Shown: piece by piece, positions 1 to 13,469 of the stretch
How the letters are laid out: the number at the start of each line of letters is the position of its first letter
Position numbering within the stretch: the first letter of the stretch is position 1
The notes under the pieces: model-generated
Database searches by the model: none
The model's input: only the letters and a program-made list of their open reading frames with translations
What the model was told of the DNA's origin: nothing
DNA from: Raillietiella orientalis
Lineage: Eukaryota
NCBI GenBank assembly: GCA_036172245.1
Contig: JAYWIR010000059.1
Span: 682,001 to 742,840, forward strand
Length of the DNA: 60,840 nucleotides
Direction: 5' to 3'
Program-made: the position numbers and the translations under genes

Positions 1-3000
1 GGATGGCTTACATCCAGATAAAGTTATGAACCCCCCTCATAAGACCTTCGCTTCCTTTCCCTGAAGAATAAGACCTCCTGAAAGATTGCCACTCTTTTTG
101 AAGTGCGAAACTCGAATGAACTGAGAATAACTCGTCCAGTATCCTTTACTCTCTGAACACGATAATTTAAGCATCAAACATGTGACTCGTTTCTTTATGT
201 TCCTGAAGTTTTCTGTGATGGCCGCTTCGTTGCTGATGCAATTCAAACGGTTTCCCAGAATTCCCTTCCCTCCCCTCTTTTGCTTTCTTATTTTGCAAGT
301 CAGTATAGGATTTGAGTGAACGGAGGGATTGCATAGAATAAAGAGAACAGGATCTTTACACTCTTTACCACCTTCATCTCCATCTTAGCTCATTTTCTCG
401 TTCTGTTCATATGAGCTTATGAAATCATTTCATATCGCATCGGCTGGTATGGGTTCTTCTTGGGTCTCGATGTTCTGGAGGAATGTCCCAATCTTTGCAT
501 CTACAGGTATCGCGGCTCTGTCGGCTGTTAGAGGCGACCGTAAAGCGCCTCTAACATCAACACATAGTTGTGGGATCTTTGGCCAGTGAAGCATACCTCT
601 TCATTTTGAGGATTTTGGGACCCTAGGGAACCGACATTACCGTGCTTCGGTTACCCGATCATCCGTAGTCGACAAGAAGGTAGCGACATCTTTGTATTTC
701 GTCTCCTTTCTTTGTCGAACACGTCTGAAAGCCAGGGGTGCTCTCCAAGGAACAGTTTTTACGCCAACACCAATGCCACTACGCACCTCAACACGTCCAT
801 GATCTAGTGTTGTCACCATCTGCAAATTCATATATCTTCAACATAATAAATGGGAAGCTTCAGCTGGAATGCACAAGTCCATTTTTACAATGCCCTTCGG
901 AATGCAGCTCGCAGGAAAAAAAAATGGTAAACGACAACTAATGTCATCTGTCATGTTTGTGACCCTACTTGTAGAGTTTGATGAAACCGAAAGCATGGTT
1001 TACGGTGTTACAGAGAAAGACATCTTGTGCCAGTGCTTCTTATTTCTATTGATATGATTCTTCCTCTCCCGAAGTTAGCAAATGGTCAATGTCAGTATTG
1101 AGGGCGGGCTGATCGCAAGAAAAAAATGAAAATAAAAAAGACTCTCCAGGACTCGTTAGGGAGCGCGAAAGACTTCATATCCTTATGGGTTCTCTTTGAA
1201 AATACGCGGTTTCTGGAAGGGAAGAAGGAAGAATTAGTCTCCAGACGACAACAGCCAGTGTTGGAGCCAATGAAACACACCGTTAAGGAACTTTCCCTCT
1301 ACTTCTGGTGGAGGATGCCACCTAACCTTTTATTAAACGGGGCCCTGTCGTGCATCCATTAGGAACAGGAAATAAATACAACCGAATCTTCAGTCACAGT
1401 TCTTCTGAGTGATAGGAAAAAAAGTTTCCTTTCGAATTCTTCCTGTAATGCTTCTGAAAAAGCCGAACATCTTCAGCAAAGTAGAGCTAACGAATCTCTA
1501 GTGTAAGACACACGTCAGAATGTGGCACTTCCTCTGGACTTGCAAAACTCTGCATCCTCTGTAGAGTATCCTCCTTCCACATGGTCTTTTCTTTTCAAAA
1601 AATAGTAGCCTGTAGAAGGTCGTTCCAAGGGAATTAGCAAGGGAATTAGTTCTGAATGTTTTTCTAAGAACTGAATAGCACTGCTTGCCCACCGAGTCGC
1701 TAAAAAAAGATGTCCTAAGAAGATCGACTTTGGATTACTTGAGATCATCCGTCAGTTTCTGAGGAACAATTCTGGATAATAATGAATAATGAATTAAAAA
1801 CCTAAATAATAATAATAATGAGTTAAAAACCGATTATGGATGCTTGTGATGGAATAAGGATCGAACTGGAATAAAGATTTAGGTTGCCCATTCAATAAAT
1901 ACTTAAAGAGATTAATGATGACCGGTGAATAGACCATGTTAAGGCCTGTGTGAGGCAGAAGTTTTTTTCTTTTGGATTTCCGCACTTTTACATGAAGTCT
2001 GACTGTCAGCAGCAGCAGAATTTCATCGTCGAGCCAATGGAAATTTATAAGGACTAGAAAGAGTGACTTCGGACCAGAGGCCATCCATGCCATACTTTCC
2101 TTGAGAATTCCTTGCTAATTTTGCTTCAGCTATGATAAGATAATCGGGATGCCTTTAACTACTGCAAATTATTGCAGGGGTTTCTTCCGTATAATATCTT
2201 TATACGATTTTACGAAGAAATTTCTTCCTTTGAATTTTCAGCGCTGAGAATGACAATTCGTTTTGCAAAGAACTGTGCTGATTCTGAAAGAATGAGGGAT
2301 GAATGAATGCTGCTATGCTTGAAGCTTGCCATCATTTGTCTTCATGGGCAGTTCAAACTTGCAGCTCCTTGGTTATTAAGATCCGGTTTCCTCAGAAACG
2401 ATTGCTGTGCTTGGAATTACTCGATTCTATTCTCAGAGGAAGCTGGAGATTTGGCCAGCTGCCTAACTAGGATGCAGATGGGAACCGTGAAAGTATTTCT
2501 TAAAAGTACTTTAAGTAGGACTTTTGAAATCAAGCAAAGTGCAAGTGACCTTTCGTATAGATGAACTGAGTAATGAAGATCAGTTTCAAAGAAAAGGTAC
2601 TTTGCTTTCAGAAGAAAGTTACAGACATCTTGAAAACCTGAAGTTAAAAATTACAGATGAAGATTTTCCTTTCCCTATTTTGCAGTGCACAATTAGCAAG
2701 ACGCAATGTTCGAAACAAATAATCTCGATGAAACTGAAAATCCTGATAAATCACTGGAATGCATTGCGTGGCTGAAGGAATCGGATAAAAGAAACAAAGG
2801 AAAAGGAACCCTTCAAATATTCCTCTGATTCTTTAGATTAAATCCTGAGAAACTAATCTTTTTGGTTTTATTTACCAGACTTTTTATCCTTTCCATTCAC
2901 CATTTATTCTCTTATCCGTAATCGTTGCAGCATCCTAAGATATCTTGGCTTTCATTTTCCCTAAGTGCCTTTTGGTGAGCGTTCACAAATTCGTTGCAAC

Positions 3001-3154
3001 GCTGATTCACAAACCATGTTTCAAGAGGCGCTCTTAAAGAAATTGACTTTGCTCCTATGGAATCCAACAGTGGGGAAGATTTGTTGTTGATGAAAGCCTG
3101 CATCCTTTGAATAGAGAACGGTAGCGCAGCAGGACCTTTTTTTTTTTTTGCCAA
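1..3154 (-). pseudogene. Degraded long coding-like tract of unknown origin
   Basis: Minus-strand ORF fragments share frames: 37-246 with 637-831, and 1092-1280 with 1515-1748 and 1794-2093. Manual translation through the gaps gives only scattered stops (about 7 in ~340 codons for 1-1025). No family recognised. Confidence 0.25.
1626..1649. repeat. 12-bp perfect tandem duplication
   Basis: CAAGGGAATTAG x2. Confidence 0.9.
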
Positions 3155-3620
3155 TTGGTACCCCGGAACGTGAACTCTGGGTGTGTATGGATGGGTGGGT
3201 ATCTTACCACAGCTGGAGGCAAGGCTACTAAAGCACAGGAAACATGACTGGCTTGTCTCTACAGAAAGGACCTCGAGTCAAACAGGAGCCCATAATCACT
3301 TTCAAAATCTTTTGCTGTCTGAGAAAACCAAAGAGAGTACGGACTGAAGTTTGCTGAGGGAGAGACATCTTAATTTGTGCGTAAAGAGGGAGAGAGCGAA
3401 GCTTCATTCGTTAAGTACAGAGTCCCTCTTTCTGATCCTGTCTGTACATCCGGACAGGGAGGATTATTCATCCGGAAAGAAAAGAAAGTGAGCTCACTTT
3501 GTCTAAGGAGGCGTTGTTGTGAGAGATAGATGTTAGGAGTAAGGAGACTCCTATTCTAAGCAACATCTAGGCTCGTAGCGGTAGAGAATTTCCTTCCTCC
3601 TTTTGCCTTCATTACAACTG

Positions 3621-4780
3621 CCCCCAGGCCCGACAAGCGGTGGGGTGAATTTACAAAAAGGAACTTTCAACTTTTAACAAACAACTTTAAGTTATTCTCT
3701 TTCTTTTGATGTTTTCTTCACCAGCAACACTGTTTTTGCACTGTTCATCTCACGTCACTTTCACTTTCACTCTTGTGCATCTTGTAAAATTTGGGTTCAT
3801 TATTCCTTTTGCCTGGACGTAGTCGTCAATTTTTCTCAGGATGTAGCGATACGTTACCGCAGTTCCTGATCCCTATCTCTTTCTGAACAAGTCCTTTCAA
3901 GATTTCGAATGCTAGTGCTCCTCTTCAGGATGTGTGCATCTTCGTCCTCCTTGTCACAATTGCTGTGATGAAGCAAGGCAAGCGTGGTTCGAACCATTGG
4001 GTTGTACAGGGAAACGTTTCCGTTCCCCTGAAACAAACTCGCCAGGACTTCTGCCTTCTTGAGTCTCTGTAGACCTGTCACCCCCTTCACTGCCTGCCAA
4101 TCAGGTGGGAGCGTGGGGCAGTGAACACGTGGGGTTGCGTTTCTTCCTCCCCACACGCCTTGCAGAGTCCGTCGTGGATATTCCCGGTCCAGTATTGAAG
4201 TCTGGAACCAAACCCTCCTTGATAGAACAACAGGAGGTGGTCTTAGGTGTTCGGGGGAAGGTCACTCCCGTAGAGTGCAACCCCGACCGCCGGCACGTTT
4301 GCGTGCGTAAGACCGTGTCGGCTCGAGGCTACATCGAGGGCGGAGGCGTCTTGATGTTTGTTTAAAGTTTCTTCCTTTATGTTGGCCTTGCTCATCAGCA
4401 GCCACGTCTGGTATGACAGCTGTTTCCACAGCTCCCGCGTTCTGTAACTGAAACTCCCTTTCATCTCCATGACGGAGCAAAACAGTCGCGCTTGGTGGCG
4501 ATTCCCAACTGTTCGCAATGCTCCATCTTCAACCTTCGCCTCTGGTGTATCTAGATGGAAGTCTCCCTCGGAACTTGGACAAAGTAGGGTATCACCAGGG
4601 CCGGTTCTTCATCACAAATCTCTTTGCTCCTAGGCACGATCTTGAATTAGTGAAGCCTCACCAATACCTGTTTCCTTTTCCTAGTGGGGTCGATGTTCGC
4701 TTACACTCTAGTGGCACCTATCAAGGCAGACAGCAGGTCTCTCAAGCAGACCTCCTTTTGCTTCATCACAATGAGATCAT
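3621..4780 (-). mobile_element. 5'-truncated, degenerate non-LTR retrotransposon (LINE) fragment: ORF2 C-terminus plus probable 3' UTR
   Basis: Reading through the stop at 4243 gives LLLFYQGGFGSRLQYWTGNIHDGLCKACGEEETQPHVF, then by frameshift HCPTLPPDW. This is a C-x2-C-x7-H-x3/4-C zinc finger that parallels PACARCGERESLFHLLVECPAVKILW in the LINE at 59.0-59.6 kb. Boundaries are approximate. Confidence 0.6.
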
Positions 4781-6084
4781 GTGACTGATTTGTGTTATCG
4801 GAAGTCATTTCCACAGCAACCAATAATTGTATGGGAAAACACTAGGTCTAAGCAGCTATTTACAAAACGTTTTCTAATCACATGCTTCGTGACATATGCG
4901 TGTTCGCTGCCCTCCCATACCTCACATTTCTGTTCGCGTCATTCAAGGCTCAGTTTTTCCTAACATTCCAAAGTCACCAAACTCTCGAGAAATGCAGTTT
5001 CCTAACATTTCCATGATCGGCGCTGCTGTCACTGCAGAGTTCTCACAGATGTGTGCTTGCTGCTATTGGGATTTTCAGTTGCTATCTGAATTCATATCTT
5101 TAGATTTGAGTCACGGTTTTCTATTTGGTCAGAATCCTTCATCCTTCCTACTGCTTGTCAGCAGAACAAGTGGAAAATTCTTTTAAAAATCTTGGCTCCA
5201 TGGATTCCGAAGCAAAAACTCTTATTTTCCAAGGTAGTGGGATCCCACGTTTTTATTCATTCACATTGTATTGCACATATGCGTAGATTATTTGTGAGAG
5301 ATCCCTTCCGGGAGTTACCCCATCAGAGTCCATAATGTTTACAAATTCATACATACCATGTATTTTTATTCATGAACACTGAATTTGCAGAGAATAGTCC
5401 AAGAATTGTAGTTACTTTTCATCATCGAAGACTCAGATAAAGCTGCTGAAAAGAAGAAAAGGAAAGAAGTAAAGACTTAAGTAAGGTAAGAGATGGTGAC
5501 GTGTATGCTATCGTTAGTGTTCATCATGGACATCTAATGCATTGAATACAAAACATGCACCAATTATGCCACTAAGACTCTGCTTCAAGTCATTGGAACG
5601 ACCAGCTTCTTTCAAGAGTCAGTATAATGAAAGCTTCACGACCAGTTACAGCTCACGTGTCCCTAATGCCCAGTTGGATGGACAGAAGATGACTGGCAGA
5701 GCGGAATGGAACTCACAGGGTAGAGCTGCTGAGAATTGCAGAATCCGCAATCCCGTCCTCAGCTTCCCAAACTGCCCATGCAAAGTGCAAGCTGTTCAGG
5801 AAGAGGGCAAACCAGCGAGGCTGCATCTTGCCGTGGACATCCTGAACTGTCCGAGATCATGCAACATGCAAAGAGAGATAGTACAAAAGTGAACATCTGG
5901 CGAGACTGATAGCGAGGTGCAGCATCGGAGTTTCCTCCTTCGTGAACACGAATCTGGAAATCGGTGCAATTGACTCCTCCACAGCTTCCCGCTCTGTCCC
6001 GGCATTATGCGGAAGCACTCCAGATATGCCCCGCTCTGGCCTCTTGCTGCGAACAGCATTCTCCTATAAGAATTTCTTGGGCTA

Positions 6085-6122
6085 TGTAGAAGGGGCAGTT
6101 GCTTGTAGAAGGGGCAGTTGCT
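6085..6122. repeat. 19-bp perfect tandem duplication
   Basis: TGTAGAAGGGGCAGTTGCT x2. Confidence 0.9.
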
Positions 6123-8399
6123 TGGCCGCTGGAATCCTCTGTTTTACCGAGGGATATGTGGAAAGCATCGTGTGCAATGCCCTTCTTACAGATGCTTGGA
6201 AGACGTTCGCATTGTGGTCGTGGATATCATTTCACGACCATATCACATTTTCGCATGAAGTAATTTAGACGGAGGACGTGTTATTAGCGGAACGGTCCAA
6301 TTCACTCACACGGATGAAAAGTATCCACCCTCCTTATCAATGAAGAAACATTCATTATAGGACACCCAGGGTTTAATACTGTGACACTGTTTCGTGTGCA
6401 CATGCTAGATGATCTCTAATATCTTTATATTTTTCTATATGTGTACATAATTATGTCTATAAGCGTTCGCATATACGTAGCTGCACATACTTATATTCCA
6501 TTTCTGGGTTTGACACGGTCGGGCAGGATTCATGAAAATCAGTTTACAAGAAAACGAGATGAGGATAAAATAGTTAATGCCAATGGGCAATTCATCTCAA
6601 AATTCGGAACCGAACAATCGAGAAACTGCGTAAGGACGTGAAGGTGTGACCATATAAATGCACTGAATTCCTCAAAAAGTAAGCAAAGAACAAACTGAAA
6701 TACCATAGTCAACGACATTCGATCAGATGCATGCAAACTCAGTTTACAGACAAACATTTAGTGAGCAGTGATTTTCGCACCTTTCATTTGCAACAAACGA
6801 ATGCTGAGGGAAATGATGAAGGAGAGAGGAATAACATGAAATCAAAAGACTGATTTCGTATCGAATCCTGAAGGGAGCGGAAATTATTCAAAACGCTGTC
6901 TTGCTCATTTTGTTGACCTATGGTGAATATGGATTTTATTAACTTCTGTCATTCAGGATGCACTTTCATTGATTTTTTTCTTCAAGTTAGTACATTTTTT
7001 GTACTCCAGCTGAAGAATGATCCGCAGGAGAATTCTCCTAAATTTATTATTCATAGCACTTGCAGATGTATATTTATAAAATACAGAATGCATTCATTGA
7101 TTCCTTGAGTTGAGTAAAAAGAATCTGAATGCCATAGTTGTCTTTTCCGTGACACATCGTTGTCCCCATTGAAACCTGAAGTTTAAATTATTGTGCCTCA
7201 CCTTTCATGTATTATCTATCACCTTGTCTCAGTTTCATTCCAATATCTTCAGTTTTTAGAGAAAAGTAAAAACCATGATTTTCAGTCAGTCTTAAATAGT
7301 CCTTTCCTTGATGACAGTATCTCAGAAGCATCATTTTCCTTCACATCCTCATGTGTTGAGAATCATAAGGGAGCCACATACTTCACTTTTCTCTTGCACA
7401 TCTTGTTGGTTTGATGCCTGTTTGATGCTTTCTCTTTGATACGCCTTTCATGATAATAAAATGCCACCTTCCCATTTTCCTCCTCCACCATTAACTCTAT
7501 CGTGCCTGCAATGCCTACGAGAATTCTCAGTCTTTCATCCCATGGGTTTCACCTCAGCTTCTTTGTCTCATTTTGTGATGTGTGTTCTTTGTGGTATGTG
7601 CGTTTCTTGAGCTCTTAAGGAATGCTTGTGCTTGAATTCTTTGCAAATATGAGAGCTTAGAACAGTGTCAACTCATTCCATTGAACTGTCTACTGTCTAT
7701 TCCTGCCAGATATCTTGGAATTCTCACATATTCACATAGGGAACACTCACACACTCTTACACAGAATCCAAATGCACTCTTATCGTATAATTTGCACCTC
7801 ACTCAGAGCATTCGGTATTATCTTTCAAACATCCGGTCATTTGTGGCTTGGGAAGACCGAAATGAAATTTTTGCTCCTTTGTCCCGGAAAGTCAAAGTTC
7901 GTGCTCCCTCGTATGGCATTGCGAATATCTGTTTGCTTTGCCTTAATCCTAAGTTTTCTTTTATTTTCTTGTCATGTGAGGGAAGAATACAATTTCTTAC
8001 CATTGCTGAATCTGCCTAATTCATTTTAGCATCATGAAAAAAGCACATCTGCAACATCAGACGAAAATTTATTGCTATTCATTCGCTCTGATTTTTAATC
8101 TTGTTTTTCCATCTCAGCCTAATTTTACTCTCTTTGTACTCCGAGATTCCAGAAATTATTTACAGCATACGACGGCACTAGAACCTAATGCTGGAATATT
8201 TTCCCTTTAAAAGATCATTGGAGTTGCATTTCTTTTTACTTTTTTTTTTCACTGAAACACTTCCACTGCACTCTCCAATCAGAAGCCATCGTACAAACTT
8301 CCGTTTTCAATCTCCATTCATGAATTTTCCCACTCACTGCTTGAGATCTGCTCAAGCACAATGCAAACCTCACTCATTGCTGTTTATGATCGAAACAAA

Positions 8400-10430
8400 T
8401 GCTCATTGAGGTAGTTGAGCGTTGTTTTTAAAGGCAAACATTCAAATGGAAGTTCACACAGGAAAGTACTAGAAAAATTCGTGAAAAAATATGAATACAC
8501 AAACTTTTCAGATATATTGCATTCTCAATGAGACTGAATTAGGTCAAGAGTGTCAGGATGCAAGTGAGGATGGTATGAGGACGAATGCATTCCCATAACC
8601 AAGATTGAGTGTCGAGTTTTGGTGTTTGAGATTTTGACGTATTTTGAACGGTAGTGAAGATTAAAAACGACATAGGCAATATGACTTCGTTTGATGTCAC
8701 AAGAGTCCATCGAAAGCAAGCAAAGACAAGCGTTTTTTTCTCTCAAAGCATCGACTTGGTCCAACACCAAGCAATAAACCAAGTTCATTTCATACCTGCC
8801 GATATTTAAAAACTTCCTGAGAAGGAAACTGCTTGCCGGGATACTTCCGGAAGAGTAGTCTGCAATGTCATTGATTTCAAAGATTATGGAGAATGCTGTA
8901 GCGAAGATTTGGGGGGGAATATATTATTCTTAATGATTGTACAAGTATTGTATTCTGAAACTTCTCCCTTCAAAATGCATGATTCAGAGACTGGACCTGA
9001 ATTGAAAGACTGTGGCTCATCTGAGTTTGAGATTCCATCATGCTTGCATCATTACAAGAAAAGGAAGAGACGGTGTATGGTGATATTCAGAATATGTATT
9101 GAGCCAGGTTTAGATGGGAATTAGAACAAATCTTCAGCAAACAATAAATTAAGATGAAGATGTGAAAAATAACCGGAAAAGGAGAAGATTGAATCTCTAA
9201 AGGAAACTTGAGAGATACATGACCTGTAAGACGTTTAGGAAACTCCAAGCAATTTTTCATTAAACCTCACAAGCATTCAAAGTAGATTAGGAAATTTCTC
9301 GTCATTATGATGCACCTAAATTTAGGTAACTACTGATTTTGAATTTTACTTTTTCTGGATAAGGAATTCTTTATGAGAACTTTAAAATTCTTCCAATCGA
9401 CACCCTGTAAGACATGGTGAATTTGTTAGCAAGAAAATTGACAAAACTAAGCTGCATGCAGACTCATTACGAAAGGTCATTTAAATTGTTTCACAGTAAG
9501 CAGCATCCTCAGCATTTCTCAAAATAAAAATGTTTCACGAGTATTTGAAATGATTTTCAAAAGTGGCACCTGTTGCACTGTTCAACCCTCTGGACTACCT
9601 GAAGAAGGCATTTCGCTAAACTGTCTAAGGAGTCTCAAGCTTTCGTTGGGTTTATCTCTCTGTATATGTTAATTCAAAAAGAATATTCAAAATACATATT
9701 CGGTTATTTACTATTAAAAGCGAATTCTGAAAAGCACTGTAACGATGGTAAGAAAAAAAAAAAAAAAAAACTGGGCACTCTCTTAGTTCAGAAAAATTTC
9801 CGAATGGAAGGGCCGCATACAAATCTTTGCCAGCAGACGAGATGTTCTTTCATTTGTGCCAAATTATAAGTTTTCTTGGATCTACGATTTCTGTACTCTT
9901 ACTGATTCACTTAAAGCAAACTAAGCACGAATAATCTTTAGTTAGAGAAATTTTATTCAAGACTATTTATGCTGAAGGAAACTGTCCATAAAAAACAAGT
10001 GCTACTTCACGTTAAATAAACTTCTCAAGCACAGAGTCCCATTTCACTGAAATTAAAAAAAAATCCACTCTCTCATTGAAAGCTTTGCAGAAGAGACTGT
10101 CAAATGGAAAATAACTTGGTAAATCATCAAAGGCAACCCATTTCTTTCTTGAATGGCTTACCTTTGATGACAAGGTAGCCCTTGATACCTCAAAGGTAAC
10201 CCATTCAAGAAAGAAGAGACTCGCGTATTTGATTCCAAGCATCATGTACCCAACGAAGAATATTCTTCACAGTAATTTTACCAATTCCTTTGACTGCTGA
10301 AGAACACACAGGCAAACCTGAGAGATCTAGCAGTTTCTTGCGTGTTTTGCTATTCAAAGGAACAAAAACGATGAGTGGGGTATGCACACTCATCGTTTTT
10401 GTTCCTTTGTTCGGGATATCACACACGGCT
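8400..10430 (-). pseudogene. Degraded coding tract with a possible XPG/FEN1-type H3TH motif (possibly a DNA-transposon remnant)
   Basis: LSGLPVCSSAVKGIGKITVKNILR in ORF 10205-10426 resembles the H3TH/HhH GIGxxT motif. It is followed by LEKFI*REVALVFYG and later LLSMDSCDI. Many stops and frameshifts; motif resemblance only. Confidence 0.25.
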
Positions 10431-10818
10431 ACTTTTACAGCCCAAGGAGTATCCTAGCCAAGAAAAAAGGGCGACAGCCCTCATATAACTTAGTAAATCA
10501 GTCCCCTTCTCAATTCTATGGATAAACCTGAATTGTGTGGCACAGTGTGAGTTCGGCTATTTTAAAAAGGAACACTAACAGAATTCAAGTAGGTTGAATT
10601 CGTGTGTTTATTTGCATATTATAAAAAAAGTTTTTTTTTCGCTCCTGAAACTGTTTAAATTGAATAAAATTAACAAAGCTACCTACACTTTTTTCGTACC
10701 TAATTTAAATAACAGATAAATAATTTCCATCTTTTCATTGATTTAAACAGAAATGAATATTCTGTTGTTCTAATGTTCAAGATAATTTTCATAAATATAT
10801 GATATTATCCATGTTTAA

Positions 10819-10863
10819 CCCACTGGGCTCGTATAACGCGGATCGCATCCTTCTCATTATACG
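10819..10863 (+). repeat. Left terminal inverted repeat
   Basis: CCCACTGGGCTCGTATAACGCGGATCGCATCCTTCTCATTATACG, preceded by TTAA. Confidence 0.85.
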
Positions 10864-13220
10864 GAGATGTATTTGAAAACAAAAATTGATACTGTGGATT
10901 GGATGAAAGTAGAAACAGCTGTTACATGTTCTCTGCAAAATGATGGATTGGAGATGCGTTGTACTTGTTAGTCAACAAGAACCTTCTATATGGTCACCGA
11001 TTTCCATGTTGAGTAATTAGAATTATGCTCTTTCAATTTTACAGCAGATTACTGTTTGACAAAGATTCCATCTTGATGAATGAAACCGGAACTGTCAGAG
11101 TGGAAGTGAGGCATATTCTGTGTTTGAGAAACCTCTAGTGTATTTGCTGAAAAAACCAGTATACTTTTCACATCAGTCACTTGAATTTAAAACCGTTTGA
11201 AACAGCAGCTGGAAAAATTTGATTCAGCTGGTCACAAGACAAAAAGAATTTCCACAGAAATACAAACAAAATACAAGTCTAACCAGCAGCAAAACAAATC
11301 CTAGATCTAAAAGTCCGCTCTTATCAATAAAAAGAACTGAATACTAAGCATTTTTCATTCAAATGGCAAAACTATGTGATGCATTTAATTCCATGTTTAG
11401 TAATATGCTTTGTAATTACACTCATCTTAGAATTCTTGAATTTTATTAAGAGTTATATATGGTTATTCTATCGGCTTTTCATTACTACTGTCATAAGTCC
11501 AATGCAGTCTTCTAACGCCTCCGATGACCATGAAGTGCGACTAAACTTTGAGAACGAGAGATTTCCATAGAGAAGAGCAGAACAGCAATGTATGCTTTTC
11601 CGGGTTTCCCTGGTTATAACTTGACTTGGAGATTGACACAGGCAAAACTCATCTTGCTGAGTCGTGTATCCTCACTGCCCCTTTTCGAAGTACCGTTAGA
11701 ATCGGCAGGGAAAAGATACATGACTGCACACTAAATTGGTGCACTAACCTCTGTGACGTGAACTAACAAGGCTATGATAACTGCATTTTCACGGTCCCCT
11801 TAGGAAACTTGGGTGGCAATTTTTTGATGTGCTTCTCCGCTTATTCAGCTTCCCTTTAAAGCATCAAGTAATTAAATCGTTGGGTGAAGAGCCCTCGCAC
11901 CAATAAGGTATAGTTGAACAGCTAACGTCGAAATGGATATTTCAGGTACATGTACGATAAATTCAAATTTCAAGATTCAATTGCTCATGGAACTTTCTTC
12001 AGCGCAACCGTTTGTTTATGAGAAAAATAAGAAATGAGTGAGATGATGCCTTTGATGATGCCACAGGTAAGAGAAAGGGAAAAAAGAAGGAAACAGTCCT
12101 ACGGATGATTCTCAGCCAAAAACGCGCCACTGAAGTTTTGCGTTTCAGATGAGGCAAACATGCTAGCCGTGTTGTGAAAAAAGTCCGGCGAGGATGGGAT
12201 CAAACCCTGCAGAGCCACTTGACAACGGCGTTGCCTCGATAACGCCGCTGTCAAGCAGAAAAGAGGAGAAAAAGTGTAAAGATAAAATTGTAAAACACGA
12301 TGCAGGCATCACAAGATCGCTCCTTGACCGTTTGGCTAGGATCTATCACAACACTCATCATCTCAGACTGTACATTGCTCCGTAATTTGAGGATGCAATT
12401 TGAGATTTTACAAAGATGTTGAGGAACTGCGTTCGCAATATGTTGGAACAAACAACAAAACAGATAGTGACTTCATGCGTGATTAGGGCAGATCATACTC
12501 AAATACACTCATCACACCTAGAACATTAACTCCCAAGCCCAGAACCGTCTCGATTCCAGCAAATCCCTATTTCAGAGTCCTGAATGCTGGGAGTGCATTC
12601 CCAAAGTTATCAAGAAGGAAAACAAGAAAAATTTTGCGAGTGTGAAAACTAGGCTCAAATCATGATTCGGACGTTGAGAAATCAGATCGCCAGCACCGCC
12701 TACGATTCAGTACCCATAAAACCAAAAGATATTTGTGAACTGGCGTGGAAATTCACCTCCAGTTGAGTGTCTAGAAAAAACGAAATGATCATTTAGTACT
12801 GGAGATGAAAGAGTAATAACATTTAAAAACAACTAATTCTGAAATTACCTAGAGAATTGAGATTTCTCCACAAACAGTCGAAGTAGTTTACGCAGAGCTT
12901 TCTTTCAATATGGCTGACTTTTCTGTATGAACAGCCATTTGAGATTAGAATATCCGGAAGCTGGAAGTGAATAGCCGACACAAGAGGCATCGGAAAACCG
13001 AAAACCTTGCCATAATCCATCCTCCATGATGTCATGAACTTCCTGAACCTTGGCTCGGTATTACTTGTTTGGTCTCATGAGGAACAAAGTTGCTAACGAG
13101 GAGTGCCTGTTTTTCCAAACTAGAATACGCAACCAAAACAGAGTTCTAGTCAAAACTGAAAATACAGAGCTGGAGAGAAACTCAAACCATCCTAATGTTT
13201 AAAGAATTAGAAAAAGGCCT

Positions 13221-13265
13221 CGTATAACGTATGGGATAGAATCCGCGTTATACGAGCCCTATGGG
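13221..13265 (-). repeat. Right terminal inverted repeat
   Basis: Reverse complement reads CCCATAGGGCTCGTATAACGCGGATTCTATCCCATACGTTATACG. Confidence 0.85.
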
Positions 13266-13469
13266 TCATATGATAGTATTTGTAAATGATATAAAATATA
13301 TCTCAAACCTCAGAACAGCCAAAATATGCATCACATTTTACTTGAAAGCCCAAAAAAAAACTAGAAGTGGTTATTTGCCATTGAACTTGAAGTAAAAAAA
13401 AGGGATTTGAAGTTTTGCTGTTATCTATGATGGAAATCCTTTTCTGTCTTCGCAGTTCTTCGACACGGT

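Larger units (their letters stand above)
10819..13265. mobile_element. piggyBac-like TIR DNA transposon, 2447 bp, no intact transposase seen
   Basis: 45-bp terminal inverted repeats (35/45 identical, including a 19-bp perfect block GGGCTCGTATAACGCGGAT) with CCC...GGG termini. Left flank is TTAA (10815-10818); right flank is TCAT, a possible decayed TTAA. Confidence 0.7.

Noticed and set aside
3156..3173. tRNA-Trp-like primer binding site TGGTACCCCGGAACGTGA
   Set aside because: It needs gaps to match, and I see no adjacent LTR pair or gag/pol sequence.
5540..6270. Overlapping ~90-115 aa ORFs or a stop-interrupted minus-strand frame
   Set aside because: No diagnostic motif; cannot be distinguished from a decayed fragment or chance.
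13219..13256. loxP-like site (TCGTATA...TATACGA)
   Set aside because: The spacer is far longer than 8 bp, the outer ATAACT arms are absent, and the motif is part of a TIR.
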